Of a DNA stretch of 59,777 nt, positions 10,408 to 19,735 are shown piece after piece. The notes beneath the pieces were generated by a model. That model was not told the DNA's origin. It ran no database searches and saw only the letters and a list, made by a program, of their open reading frames with translations. Origin of the DNA: an uncultured SAR86 cluster bacterium (lineage in GTDB: Bacteria; Pseudomonadota; Gammaproteobacteria; Magnimaribacterales; D2472); contig CABXUO010000003.1 in assembly GCA_902515455.1 (NCBI GenBank), forward strand, positions 1 through 59,777, written 5' to 3'. Every line of letters starts with the position of its first letter. The first letter of the stretch is position 1. The position numbers were made by a program, and so were the translations under genes.

Positions 10408-11468
10408 ATCCTGACCTAGATCTTTGTCTGAATCATCTTAAAGCTTTGGTTGGATTTGATACTTCTAATCCTCCCCGCAAGACTAAGGAATCTGGCTTAA
10501 TAGAGTATCTAAATTCATTAGATTTTATTGATCCTCAAATTCAAGATCATGGAGAGGGATCTTTCAATATTTTTTTTACTAAAGGCTCTCCGAAATATCT
10601 CGTTAACGTTCATTTAGATACAGTTCCAGCTGGAGATGGATGGGAATCAAATCCACATGAGTTGGTAATAAAAAATAATAAAGCATACGGGCTTGGTGTT
10701 TGTGATATTAAAGGCGCTGCAGCTTGCATATTAACCCTCATAGAAAAAGGTTTATCAGACTATGCCATTTTATTTTCTACTGATGAAGAGGCAGGTCAGA
10801 GCACCTGTGTAAGAGAATATATTAAATCAAGGCCTGTTTTTGAGGGCGTAATAGTAGCTGAACCTACACAAAATATGGCAGTAATCTGTCACAGGGGAAT
10901 CGTGACCGGAACGCAAGAATTTTTTGGACAAGCAGGTCACAGCTCAGATCAAAGAGCCATGACAGATAATGCTATTCATAAACTAACTCATTGGTCGGTG
11001 AATGCTTTAAAAGTTGCTCAATCTCATGATCATTCTTCATTTGAAGGATTAAGTGGCATTGCTTTTAATTTAGGAATTATCGAAGGGGGCATTAAACCAA
11101 ATATTATTGCTGATCACGCTCAAGTAAAGTTTGGTATGAGACCCTTGCCTGGTCAATCTCATGATGACTTATTGCATGAAATTAACGCGACATCAAACAA
11201 TGACTCTAAATTCACCAAGGGATTTATTGCTCCTGCATTACCCTCATCCGGAGATATAAAGAGTCTAGAGCTCTTTGTTGATGAATTAGGTTTAAATTTG
11301 TCATCACCAGTTAATTTCTGGACCGAAGCATCTTTGTTTAGTGAAGCTGGATATAAAGCAATTGTGTTTGGTCCTGGAGATATCGCTGATGCACATCAGC
11401 CTAATGAGTCAATTGATATAGATCAACTTGATCAAGCCTTAATAAACTTTAAGAAAATAATCCAATGA
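10404..11468 (+). CDS. argE: Acetylornithine/acetylcitrulline deacetylase (M20 peptidase family)
   Basis: 354 aa with VHLDTVP and GVCDIKG motifs. An ATGA overlap links it to argG. Confidence 0.8.
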   Translation: MNPDLDLCLNHLKALVGFDTSNPPRKTKESGLIEYLNSLDFIDPQIQDHGEGSFNIFFTKGSPKYLVNVHLDTVPAGDGWESNPHELVIKNNKAYGLGVCDIKGAAACILTLIEKGLSDYAILFSTDEEAGQSTCVREYIKSRPVFEGVIVAEPTQNMAVICHRGIVTGTQEFFGQAGHSSDQRAMTDNAIHKLTHWSVNALKVAQSHDHSSFEGLSGIAFNLGIIEGGIKPNIIADHAQVKFGMRPLPGQSHDDLLHEINATSNNDSKFTKGFIAPALPSSGDIKSLELFVDELGLNLSSPVNFWTEASLFSEAGYKAIVFGPGDIADAHQPNESIDIDQLDQALINFKKIIQ

Positions 11469-12775
11469 ATAATCCTTCTAATAAGTTTATAAAAGATACT
11501 ATTTTAAAACTCCTTGGCGCAATAGGATCTGAGAAAGAAATAAATAAGTACATTGAAAAATTTTCCTCTCCAGAACAGCGTTTTGCAGTAATTAAAGTTG
11601 GGGGTTCTGTGATTGAAAACGATCTTGAAAACCTAATATCTTCATTAGTTTTTTTAAATCAGGTTGGCCTAAAGCCTGTAATTTTACATGGTGCTGGCCC
11701 AATGCTTTCCAAAGCTCTTGAGGACCAAAAAATTGATTTTTCATTCATAGACGGACAAAGGGTCACATCTATTGAGGTAAGAGATGTCGCATACTCAGTG
11801 TTTAGCAAAACTAATAAAAAAATAGTTGATTCCTTAGAGGCTCAAGGAGCAAATGCGAAAAGCGTTACTTCAGATGTATTTGAATGTGTTATGGATAATG
11901 ATGATTTAGGCTATGTTGGCTCAATTCAATCAGTGAATCATCAACTCATTAATGAAATATTAGAATCTGACTCAATACCAGTAATTGCGCCCATTGGTTT
12001 TCAGGATAACGAGATATTAAATATTAATGCAGATATTGCGACTGTTGAACTTGTTAAAGCTATTAATCCATATAAGGCCATCTTCTTATCTGATACTGGA
12101 GGCATTTTTAATCAAAGGGGCCAGTTAATACCTAATATTAATTTAGCTCTAGAGTATGATGAATTAATGCAGCAAGAATGGCTTCATTCTGGTATGAAGT
12201 TAAAGCTTGAACAGATTAAATCTCTTTTAGATTTTCTTCCAAAAACAGCATCTGTTTCAATCACTGAGCCAATCAATCTGCCAAAAGAGCTATTTACTGA
12301 TTCTGGATCAGGCACTTTAATTAAGCATGGCTACAGCGTTCTTCAACACCAACTTCCTGAAAAAGATATTCAGGAGCAATTTACAAATATTATTGAGAAA
12401 TCTTTTGGTGGTAAGTTAATAGATGATTTTTTTGAAAACCCAAATGATCTAGATATTTTTATGACTACATGTAAGAGGGCATCAATTGCAATCTCTAATG
12501 ATTTTAAGATTCCTTATATGGATAAATTTGGTGTTATTCCTGAAGCTAAAGGAGAAGGCTTAGGGGCTGGGATTTGGCATGAGATGAGGAAAGTATATCC
12601 ACAAGTATTTTGGCGTTCTCGAGCAAATAATCCTATAAATAATTTTTACATGTCTATTTGTGAGGGTTGTCAAAAACAAGATGAGTGGCATATTTTTTGG
12701 ATTGGGATATCAGATTACAGCGCGCTTAAAGATTGTATTGAGTATGCTGTAAAAAAACCCAAAAGTGTGATTTAA
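11465..12775 (+). CDS. argB: Bifunctional N-acetylglutamate kinase with a C-terminal N-acetyltransferase-like domain (ArgA/B type)
   Basis: 436 aa. The amino-acid kinase domain has AVIKVGGSVI and ILHGAGP, and there is an extra domain of about 150 aa at the C-terminus, as in Xanthomonas-type ArgA/B. An ATGA overlap links it to argE. Confidence 0.8.
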   Translation: MNNPSNKFIKDTILKLLGAIGSEKEINKYIEKFSSPEQRFAVIKVGGSVIENDLENLISSLVFLNQVGLKPVILHGAGPMLSKALEDQKIDFSFIDGQRVTSIEVRDVAYSVFSKTNKKIVDSLEAQGANAKSVTSDVFECVMDNDDLGYVGSIQSVNHQLINEILESDSIPVIAPIGFQDNEILNINADIATVELVKAINPYKAIFLSDTGGIFNQRGQLIPNINLALEYDELMQQEWLHSGMKLKLEQIKSLLDFLPKTASVSITEPINLPKELFTDSGSGTLIKHGYSVLQHQLPEKDIQEQFTNIIEKSFGGKLIDDFFENPNDLDIFMTTCKRASIAISNDFKIPYMDKFGVIPEAKGEGLGAGIWHEMRKVYPQVFWRSRANNPINNFYMSICEGCQKQDEWHIFWIGISDYSALKDCIEYAVKKPKSVI

Positions 12776-13705
12776 ATGAGCTGCAAGAAAATTGGTTTGT
12801 TAGGTGGAAGAGGCTATGTTGGCCAAGAAATCATTTCTTTACTGAATAATAACAATGATTTGCATATTGGTTCAGTTTATTCTTCCTCTAGAGCGGGACA
12901 ACCAGTGAGCATGGATGCATCAGTCGAAATCATTTATCAGGATCTTGCGCTAGATAAGATCGATCTAGGTGACGAGGAAGCATTCATCTTAGCTTTACCT
13001 AATAAGAAATCTCAGCAGTATGTTGATTTAATTACAAATCATAATAAAGAGGCAATTATTGTTGATTTGAGCTCCGATCATCGCTTTGATAAGAATTGGG
13101 AATATAGAATTCCAGAGCTTTCTGATCCTGTTAGTTCAAAAAAAATTAGCAATCCAGGATGTTATGCATCTGCTATGCAATTTATGATTGCGCCCATCCT
13201 TAATATTTTAGATGGTCCAGTAAATCTCTTCGGAATTTCTGGATATAGTGGTGCTGGCGCATCTCCAAATCAAAGAAATAATACAGAATTGCTTAAAGAT
13301 AATATTCTCCCTTATACGCTTGTTAAGCATCTTCATGAAAAAGAAGTCCAAACACATAGTTATCCAGATATTTTATTTACTCCTCATGTTGGTAATTTTT
13401 TTAGGGGCATTATGATAACTGGCAATTTTTTTGTTTCAAAACAGTCTGATCCCAAAGAAATAATGAATTTATTTACTGACTTCTATCGAGAAATGAGTCT
13501 AATTTTTATTCAAGAATCACCTCCAAATTTACAAGAAGTTCAAAATACTTCGAATGTAATAATTGGAGGTTTCGAGATGGATAAAGCAACAAATAGGCTG
13601 ACATTTTGCTGTGCTCTTGATAACCTGCTTAAAGGAGCAGCAACACAGGCTGTTCAAAATTTAAATTCTGCATTTGGGTGGGACGATAACGCAGGAATTA
13701 TTTAA
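12776..13705 (+). CDS. argC: N-acetyl-gamma-glutamyl-phosphate reductase
   Basis: 309 aa with an N-terminal Rossmann motif GLLGGRGYVG and the active-site motif NPGCYAS. Confidence 0.88.
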   Translation: MSCKKIGLLGGRGYVGQEIISLLNNNNDLHIGSVYSSSRAGQPVSMDASVEIIYQDLALDKIDLGDEEAFILALPNKKSQQYVDLITNHNKEAIIVDLSSDHRFDKNWEYRIPELSDPVSSKKISNPGCYASAMQFMIAPILNILDGPVNLFGISGYSGAGASPNQRNNTELLKDNILPYTLVKHLHEKEVQTHSYPDILFTPHVGNFFRGIMITGNFFVSKQSDPKEIMNLFTDFYREMSLIFIQESPPNLQEVQNTSNVIIGGFEMDKATNRLTFCCALDNLLKGAATQAVQNLNSAFGWDDNAGII

Positions 13706-13707
13706 TC

Positions 13708-14994
13708 ATGAAACTTTGGAATCAAAACTCAAAAGATAAAAACTCTGCAATTGATCATTTCTTATCAAGCGAGGATATAACTTTAGATCAAGAATTATTT
13801 TTATATGATATTGAAGCATCGATCGCTCACACGCATGAATTAGAAAAAATCAATATTTTCACTAAAACTGAGGCAAGGAAAGTAATTTCTTCCTTAAAGA
13901 AGCTTGGAAAATTATTTAAAACTCATAAATTTAAATTGACTGCTAAATATGAAGACTGTCATTCTGCAATAGAGGATTTCTTAACAAAAGAATTAGGTTC
14001 AATTGGTAAGAAAATTCATACTGGAAGAAGCAGAAATGATCAAATCATGGTAGCTATGCGTCTTTATGCAAGAGAGAAATTAAATGAAATTCAGTCAAAA
14101 AATTTAAAGGTTGCTAAAGCTTTTCTTGACAAGTCCGAAAAGCACTTCAGTAATCCGATGCCTGGTTACACTCATCTTCAGCGAGCCATGCCATCATCAT
14201 GGGGCCTATGGTTTGGTGCATTTGCTGAATCATTTTTAGATAACGCAGAATTGCTATCAAATACTAAGTCATGGATAAATGTTAATCCTCTAGGCACAGC
14301 TGCTGGCTATGGAGTCAATCTTCCTATCAAGCGAGATATATCCACGAAAGAGTTAAATTTTAAAAGAAAACAGTTAAACAGTCTTTATGTCCAAAATAGT
14401 AGAGGGAAGTTCGAATTAGAGTTAATTGGCGCATTAAAACAGCCGATGCTGGATATCCGAAAGTTTTCATGGGATATGAGTCTCTTTTTATCTCAAGAAT
14501 TTAATTTACTGAGTCTTCCACCTATTTATTCAACAGGTTCATCTATAATGCCTAACAAATCTAATCCGGACGTTATTGAGATGATGAGGGCGAACTTTTC
14601 AATCTTAGCAGGCCATTATTCTGAATTAGAAAATTTAATATCTTTACCTAGTGGATATCATCGAGATCTACAGCTCACCAAAAGATCTCTTATTCATTCT
14701 ATTCATTGTGTACTTAAAACAATGAATCTATTGCCTAACTTAGTAAGGTCTATAAAGATAAATACTCATCGATCAAATGAGTTTATTGATCAAGACATGT
14801 TGATGACTGATCAAGCCTATGAAATGGTTCAATCTGGCATACCTTTTCGAGATGCTTATTCAAAAGTTAAATCTAATCGAGACAAAAATGTTCAATCAAA
14901 AAATATTTCTAGAAAAAAATCCTCTTCTGGATCTGCATATAATTTAAATTTGCAGGTGCTAAAGTCTAGACTTAAAAAGCTATCTAAAAATTAG
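13708..14994 (+). CDS. argH: Argininosuccinate lyase
   Basis: 428 aa with GRSRNDQ and the fumarate-lyase signature GSSIMPNKSNPDVIE. Confidence 0.9.
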   Translation: MKLWNQNSKDKNSAIDHFLSSEDITLDQELFLYDIEASIAHTHELEKINIFTKTEARKVISSLKKLGKLFKTHKFKLTAKYEDCHSAIEDFLTKELGSIGKKIHTGRSRNDQIMVAMRLYAREKLNEIQSKNLKVAKAFLDKSEKHFSNPMPGYTHLQRAMPSSWGLWFGAFAESFLDNAELLSNTKSWINVNPLGTAAGYGVNLPIKRDISTKELNFKRKQLNSLYVQNSRGKFELELIGALKQPMLDIRKFSWDMSLFLSQEFNLLSLPPIYSTGSSIMPNKSNPDVIEMMRANFSILAGHYSELENLISLPSGYHRDLQLTKRSLIHSIHCVLKTMNLLPNLVRSIKINTHRSNEFIDQDMLMTDQAYEMVQSGIPFRDAYSKVKSNRDKNVQSKNISRKKSSSGSAYNLNLQVLKSRLKKLSKN

Positions 14995-15041
14995 TAAAAG
15001 TTTTTGATTTTATTTTTTCTTTATGAGAATATTAAATCAGA

Positions 15042-15203
15042 ATGAATAAAGCTATCAGAATTCAAAAATCTGAAGCAGCTAGGAATAGACGGCATCAAAG
15101 ACGTAATATTGCTGAGAAAAAACTTCAAAATGAATATGACCGTCTTCGAAAGCTAAAAAAAAAGATAGTTTTTAAGCTGCTTTTTCAAATTTATAACAAT
15201 TAA
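15042..15203 (+). CDS. Hypothetical small basic protein (53 aa)
   Basis: An ATG-initiated ORF, MNKAIRIQKSEAARNRRHQRRNIAEKKLQNEYDRLRKLKKK.., lies in an otherwise empty 252-nt gap. It is below the ORF-track size cutoff and has no clear SD. Confidence 0.25.
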   Translation: MNKAIRIQKSEAARNRRHQRRNIAEKKLQNEYDRLRKLKKKIVFKLLFQIYNN

Positions 15204-15246
15204 GTTAAAGGATACTTTTTATTTTTAAACACTGCTTGCACTCTGC

Positions 15247-15669
15247 ATGGCAAAAGTTTCTAATACATTTATGAATCAAACACAATCCTATCTAGAGCAA
15301 TGGCATCAAGGCTTAAAATCCATGAACTCTAATTTTTTAGACGAAATTCTTGATGACTCTTGTGTTTTTACCTCTCCCATAGTTTTTAAGCCAATCGAAG
15401 GCAAAGAGATGTCTAAACTCTATTTGATGGGAGCTGGTCAAACTTTTGATATGGATAGGTTTAAATATGTTAGAGAGTTAGTTGACGGTCTAGATACCGT
15501 ATTAGAATTTGAAACTTATATTGATGACATATCTGTTAATGGAGTCGATATTATCCGTTGGAATGAAGAGGGTAAAATTATTGATTTCAAAGTTATGATA
15601 AGACCATTGCAAGCAATCGGCGCTCTACAAAAAAAAATGTCTGAAGCTTTAGAAAGCTTGAATAAATAA
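15247..15669 (+). CDS. NTF2/SnoaL-like fold protein
   Basis: 140 aa. The size and pattern fit small SnoaL-like proteins, but the function is unknown. Confidence 0.55.
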   Translation: MAKVSNTFMNQTQSYLEQWHQGLKSMNSNFLDEILDDSCVFTSPIVFKPIEGKEMSKLYLMGAGQTFDMDRFKYVRELVDGLDTVLEFETYIDDISVNGVDIIRWNEEGKIIDFKVMIRPLQAIGALQKKMSEALESLNK

Positions 15670-15676
15670 TTTGCTC

Positions 15677-15704
15677 AAAAAAAAAGGAGCCTTTCAGCTC
15701 CTTT
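15677..15704. terminator. Intrinsic terminator between convergent genes, stronger on the minus strand
   Basis: Nine A, then GGAGC (15686..15690), a 6-nt loop, GCTCC (15697..15701) and TTT. Read on the minus strand, the hairpin is followed by nine T. Confidence 0.7.
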
Positions 15705-15724
15705 AGAAGTTTTATAATTAAATT

Positions 15725-18157
15725 TTAAAAAGAGTAATTAACTGTTAACCCATAGGTTGCATAATTATTTGGGTACCCAAAAAATGTAGTGTTTGAGAGA
15801 TCAACTACAGCAGGGAAAACTGTTGTAATGAATTCATCATCATTAATATTTTTACCCCATACACTAATTGATAAATTATCTTTTTGCATTCCTGCTGAAA
15901 AATTAAGCGTGTCTTGCTCTCTAAACCCATTACCTTTAGATTCTAGTAATGCCTGAGCAGCAGGATTTTCTGTTAACACAGCTTCGCTTGAATAAAGGTG
16001 AGAAAGTCTGACGTAACCATCCCAACCATTTCTATCCCAATTCCAAGTAACACTGGAAGATAGAGTATCATCAGGAATATTTGACGGCTTAGTACCAGAT
16101 AAATCTCCAAATGCTGAACCTGTAAATGAATCATAGATAGGATCGATGAAGGTTCCACCTATAGCTATATCAATATTTTCAGTTGGTGAAAACAGCAAAT
16201 CAAACTCATAACCATCTACAGATTGTGTTCCAGCATTTGCAAGCACAAAACCTGTGCCGATGAATGTATTTGACTGGAAGCCTTTGATTTCTTGATCAAA
16301 AACAGCAATATTAAGGTAACCAGAGGGCAAATAGATTTTTGCACCAAGCTCCATTACTTCTGCTTCTTCAGGGCCAGCATATCTTCTTCCAACGGTTGTG
16401 TTAGGATGCACTGGAGTTCCTGCAGCAGCTAAAGCTGCGGTCTCGGCTGCATCTGGTCTTGAATCTCTAGAAATAATCCATGCTGAAGATTTAAAACCAG
16501 TTGAAACTCCTCCATAGATTGTTGCTGCATCATTAATTGCATAGGACAATTTAAACGTGTAATCAACATTATCATCACTAGTTTTGCCGTCCTGAACCGC
16601 ATTTGGAAAGTCTATGAATTTAGGTAACACCTGAAGAGCTTTGAATGCTAGAAACGGGTTAAAGTCTGGATTATTAGCTAATACTGATGCTTGAGCAGGA
16701 GGGAAACCAGCGCCGATTAATGCACCTGTTCCAATTGCTACAAAGTCTAAAGCAGACAGAACACCTGTATTTATTTGGTTATAGGAAACTGTTTTTTCAT
16801 CTTCGATATAACTAACACCTACCAATGCATTCAAACGCTCGGTAACGTTGTAATCTAGCTGCATAAATAAGGATATGGTCTCATTATCTTGCGAAGCAGT
16901 TTCTGTATTACCCTGTCCTACACCATATATTGAGCCACTTGGAAGCCCAAGAAGCGCTTCTAATCCAGCAAAGGTACCAGGAGCAAGAAATGCTTCAATA
17001 TAATTTCTCCACAAAGGTCCGTAGTATATGGATTCGTTAAAAGCCATGTCTTCTTGATAATAGTAACCTCCAATCAACCAATTTAGCTTTTCATTATCAT
17101 TTGAATACAGTCTAAATTCTTGAGAAACAGCATCCCTATCATTACTGATAGGGCTTGGATTTACCAGAGTTCCACCATCAAAATCAACATCTTGAACACT
17201 GTAGCTATAGGTATTCCTGAAGGCAGAGATACTTTCTAAAGTCATGCCATCAAAGTTTTTTGTGATGTGCATGGATAAACCAGAGTTGTCACCCTCAGTT
17301 ACTGGATCAAAGTCAAAAAAAACTTTCTGCGTGAAGACATTATTAGGAATAATTCTTCCACCCATAAGCGATTGGATCTGATTACCAACTCCATAAGCAG
17401 TGCTTCCCACCGCACAACAAAATTCATCATATTCGTCATAATCTGCTGTCACTCTTACTGATAGATCATCAGAGGGTTGAAATAACAACTCACCTCTAAA
17501 TCCAAATCTATCTCTATTATTCATATCGTTGCCAGTTGTAACATTATCTGTATGACCATCTGATTGATGCACATTTGCACTTAAACTATATGCAGTAGTT
17601 TCGTTCAAAGGACCAGTGATGTAACTTTTTACTTTTTTAGTATTAAAATTTCCTAAAGTAGACGACACATACCCAGATCTCTCAAACGATGGTTTTTTAG
17701 TAACAATGTTAATCACACCAGCAGAAGCATTTTTTCCAAATAAAGTACTTTGTGGTCCTCGAAGAACTTCAATTCTTTCAAGTACTGGTAAATCAGAAAT
17801 CTGTGATTGCATGCTTGAGCGATATACACCATCAATGAATAATGCTACCGAAGGTTCAACTCCTGGATTATTTGAACCATTTCCAAATCCTCTTATAAAA
17901 AAAGTTGCATTAGTAGATGATTGATATTGCCTAGTCTCTAAAGAGGGAACTACTGCTTTAAGATCAAACATATCAGTAATTCCAGCTTTTTCAATCGTAT
18001 CGGCAGTTACTACAGATACAGCAACGGGAACTTCCTGAAGTGTTTTTTCTGTTTTTGTTGCCGTTACTATTATTTCTTCAACTTCAACTTGGGCACTTAC
18101 AACTGCAGGATAGACAAGCAATGTTAAAACCAAGGCGGTAATGTAATATTTTTTCAT
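15725..18157 (-). CDS. TonB-dependent outer-membrane receptor
   Basis: 810 aa with a signal peptide, plug motifs (IIVTATKTEKTLQEVPVAVSVV and LRGPQSTLFGKNASAGVINIV) and a terminal ..YGLTVNYSF. Confidence 0.9.
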   Translation of the reverse strand: MKKYYITALVLTLLVYPAVVSAQVEVEEIIVTATKTEKTLQEVPVAVSVVTADTIEKAGITDMFDLKAVVPSLETRQYQSSTNATFFIRGFGNGSNNPGVEPSVALFIDGVYRSSMQSQISDLPVLERIEVLRGPQSTLFGKNASAGVINIVTKKPSFERSGYVSSTLGNFNTKKVKSYITGPLNETTAYSLSANVHQSDGHTDNVTTGNDMNNRDRFGFRGELLFQPSDDLSVRVTADYDEYDEFCCAVGSTAYGVGNQIQSLMGGRIIPNNVFTQKVFFDFDPVTEGDNSGLSMHITKNFDGMTLESISAFRNTYSYSVQDVDFDGGTLVNPSPISNDRDAVSQEFRLYSNDNEKLNWLIGGYYYQEDMAFNESIYYGPLWRNYIEAFLAPGTFAGLEALLGLPSGSIYGVGQGNTETASQDNETISLFMQLDYNVTERLNALVGVSYIEDEKTVSYNQINTGVLSALDFVAIGTGALIGAGFPPAQASVLANNPDFNPFLAFKALQVLPKFIDFPNAVQDGKTSDDNVDYTFKLSYAINDAATIYGGVSTGFKSSAWIISRDSRPDAAETAALAAAGTPVHPNTTVGRRYAGPEEAEVMELGAKIYLPSGYLNIAVFDQEIKGFQSNTFIGTGFVLANAGTQSVDGYEFDLLFSPTENIDIAIGGTFIDPIYDSFTGSAFGDLSGTKPSNIPDDTLSSSVTWNWDRNGWDGYVRLSHLYSSEAVLTENPAAQALLESKGNGFREQDTLNFSAGMQKDNLSISVWGKNINDDEFITTVFPAVVDLSNTTFFGYPNNYATYGLTVNYSF

Positions 18158-18217
18158 ATCTCCCTCAAATAAAAATTTGCTGTGTGTATCTTATAGAAAT
18201 CGTCTTTAAATTGGAAT

Positions 18218-18237
18218 AAATTTACAATTGTAAATTT
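18218..18237. promoter_or_regulatory. Perfect 20-bp palindrome, a candidate operator upstream of the TonB-dependent receptor
   Basis: AAATTTACAATTGTAAATTT is exactly self-complementary. It lies about 60-80 nt upstream of the receptor start (18157, minus strand). Confidence 0.4.
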
Positions 18238-18252
18238 CAGCTGACTGCTACT

Positions 18253-18522
18253 TCAGAATCTTTGATACATTCCAAAGCTAAAAATAATTATCGCAGTAAT
18301 CAATCCAATAATAAGCACATCTTTTGAAAACCGGCCATAGGTTTTCCTGCGTTCCGCCTCATGAATTTTCTCAAATTTAATACTCATTCTTATTGCATTA
18401 AAAAATAAGCCTGCAAGTGATACATAGATTAATAAACTTATAAGCACCCATAACGGATGAGCTTCTAGCCATGAGGTTTCAAAACTCAGAACTTCAATAA
18501 ACTCACTTAGTTTTAACTGCAT
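18253..18522 (-). CDS. Small membrane protein of unknown function
   Basis: 89 aa with two predicted hydrophobic helices (WVLISLLIYVSLAGLFF and VLIIGLITAIIIFSFGM). Confidence 0.5.
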   Translation of the reverse strand: MQLKLSEFIEVLSFETSWLEAHPLWVLISLLIYVSLAGLFFNAIRMSIKFEKIHEAERRKTYGRFSKDVLIIGLITAIIIFSFGMYQRF

Positions 18523-18534
18523 AGCTTTTGTAAT

Positions 18535-19524
18535 TTAATCTAATTTAGGTAACAACTTGGCAAGATGCTCATAGGCAGCATTCTTATATTCTGGATTTGC
18601 TCCAGCCATCACTTCTCCTTTTGTTGCACAGCTTTCATAAGCCTGTCTTCTCAACTTTGGATCAGAGAAATCAAGCAGTTTATTATTTGGATCATATACT
18701 TTCTTTGTTTCGGCATTGAGTTTCAATTTACAATTAGCCCAGCTGTATGCATCTGGTATGAGCCTCAATGGCATTGGGCCATCAAATGAGTGAAAGGAAT
18801 TTGGGTACAACTCAATCAATGCATTTCCTCCTTCAGAGTTTATCTTTGAGACTAAGTCTATGCATGGCTGAGGTGGGGTCCAGTTATCTTCTTCACCAAT
18901 ATAAATTTGCATTAAATCTTTATCCCATAAATCAAGATCTGGTAAAGCCAGACATCCTGGATACCACATTAAATAACCTGCAAAGGATGCCTCAGGTTTA
19001 TTTAATGCATCTTGAAGGGGAAGCCAAGCATTGAAGAGGGTTGCTGTGCCACCTAAACTCCATCCAGCTGCATAAATTTTTGTATTATCTACTCTTGGAT
19101 CATCCCATACCAAATTTAAGCTCATCGCCATATCATATATAACGGTTTCACTGGTTAGATTAATCTGGTTACCAACCGTGCTTTTAACATTTCTTGAATC
19201 AAAAGGATGCATTGCAAAGACAATAAAATCTGCTTTTCTGATTTGCTCTAAATATTTTAAATGATGATCACGCCAGTTATATGAGCCATGAGAGGCAACA
19301 ACCATTGGATATTTTTTTGAGGAGTCATAATTATCTGGAAAATGCATAATTCCAAAAATTTCAACATCTTTTTGAGGATTTAGATCATCGTTAAAAATAT
19401 TTTCAAAACCTAAAATATTTTTTGAAGAATAAGTAATTTTTTCGGTAAGATATGATGCTTTTTCATCTTCTTGAACTCCACACCCCGAAAGTATCAAAAA
19501 TACAGAGAAATAAAGAATTTTCAT
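18535..19524 (-). CDS. Alpha/beta hydrolase lipoprotein (dienelactone-hydrolase-like)
   Basis: A lipobox (LILSGC) follows the MKILYF start, which I prefer over the upstream ATG at 19539. The nucleophile elbow is GWSLGG. Confidence 0.7.
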   Translation of the reverse strand: MKILYFSVFLILSGCGVQEDEKASYLTEKITYSSKNILGFENIFNDDLNPQKDVEIFGIMHFPDNYDSSKKYPMVVASHGSYNWRDHHLKYLEQIRKADFIVFAMHPFDSRNVKSTVGNQINLTSETVIYDMAMSLNLVWDDPRVDNTKIYAAGWSLGGTATLFNAWLPLQDALNKPEASFAGYLMWYPGCLALPDLDLWDKDLMQIYIGEEDNWTPPQPCIDLVSKINSEGGNALIELYPNSFHSFDGPMPLRLIPDAYSWANCKLKLNAETKKVYDPNNKLLDFSDPKLRRQAYESCATKGEVMAGANPEYKNAAYEHLAKLLPKLD

Positions 19525-19591
19525 TGGAATACCATACAATAAAATTTTAAATATTAGTAAAAAATTCAGAACTTATTAGAATCTTTTTAGC

Positions 19592-19620
19592 TTGAATGCT
19601 TTTAACCTTGCAGGTATATT
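19592..19620 (+). promoter_or_regulatory. Candidate sigma70 promoter for tRNA-Gly(GCC)
   Basis: TTGAAT (19592..19597), a 17-nt spacer and TATATT (19615..19620), 13 nt before the tRNA 5' end. Confidence 0.5.
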
Positions 19621-19633
19621 AATCAACTCTAAA

Positions 19634-19709
19634 GCGGGAATAGCTCAGTTGGTAGAGCGCAACCTTGCCAAGGTTGAGGTCGCCAGTTCGAACCTGGTTT
19701 CCCGCTCCA
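19634..19709 (+). tRNA. tRNA-Gly (anticodon GCC)
   Basis: A manual cloverleaf fits: acceptor GCGGGAA/TTCCCGC, anticodon loop TTGCCAA, T-loop TTCGAAC, and an encoded CCA. Confidence 0.95.
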
Positions 19710-19735
19710 ACTTTCATTCACTGATAAATAAATCT

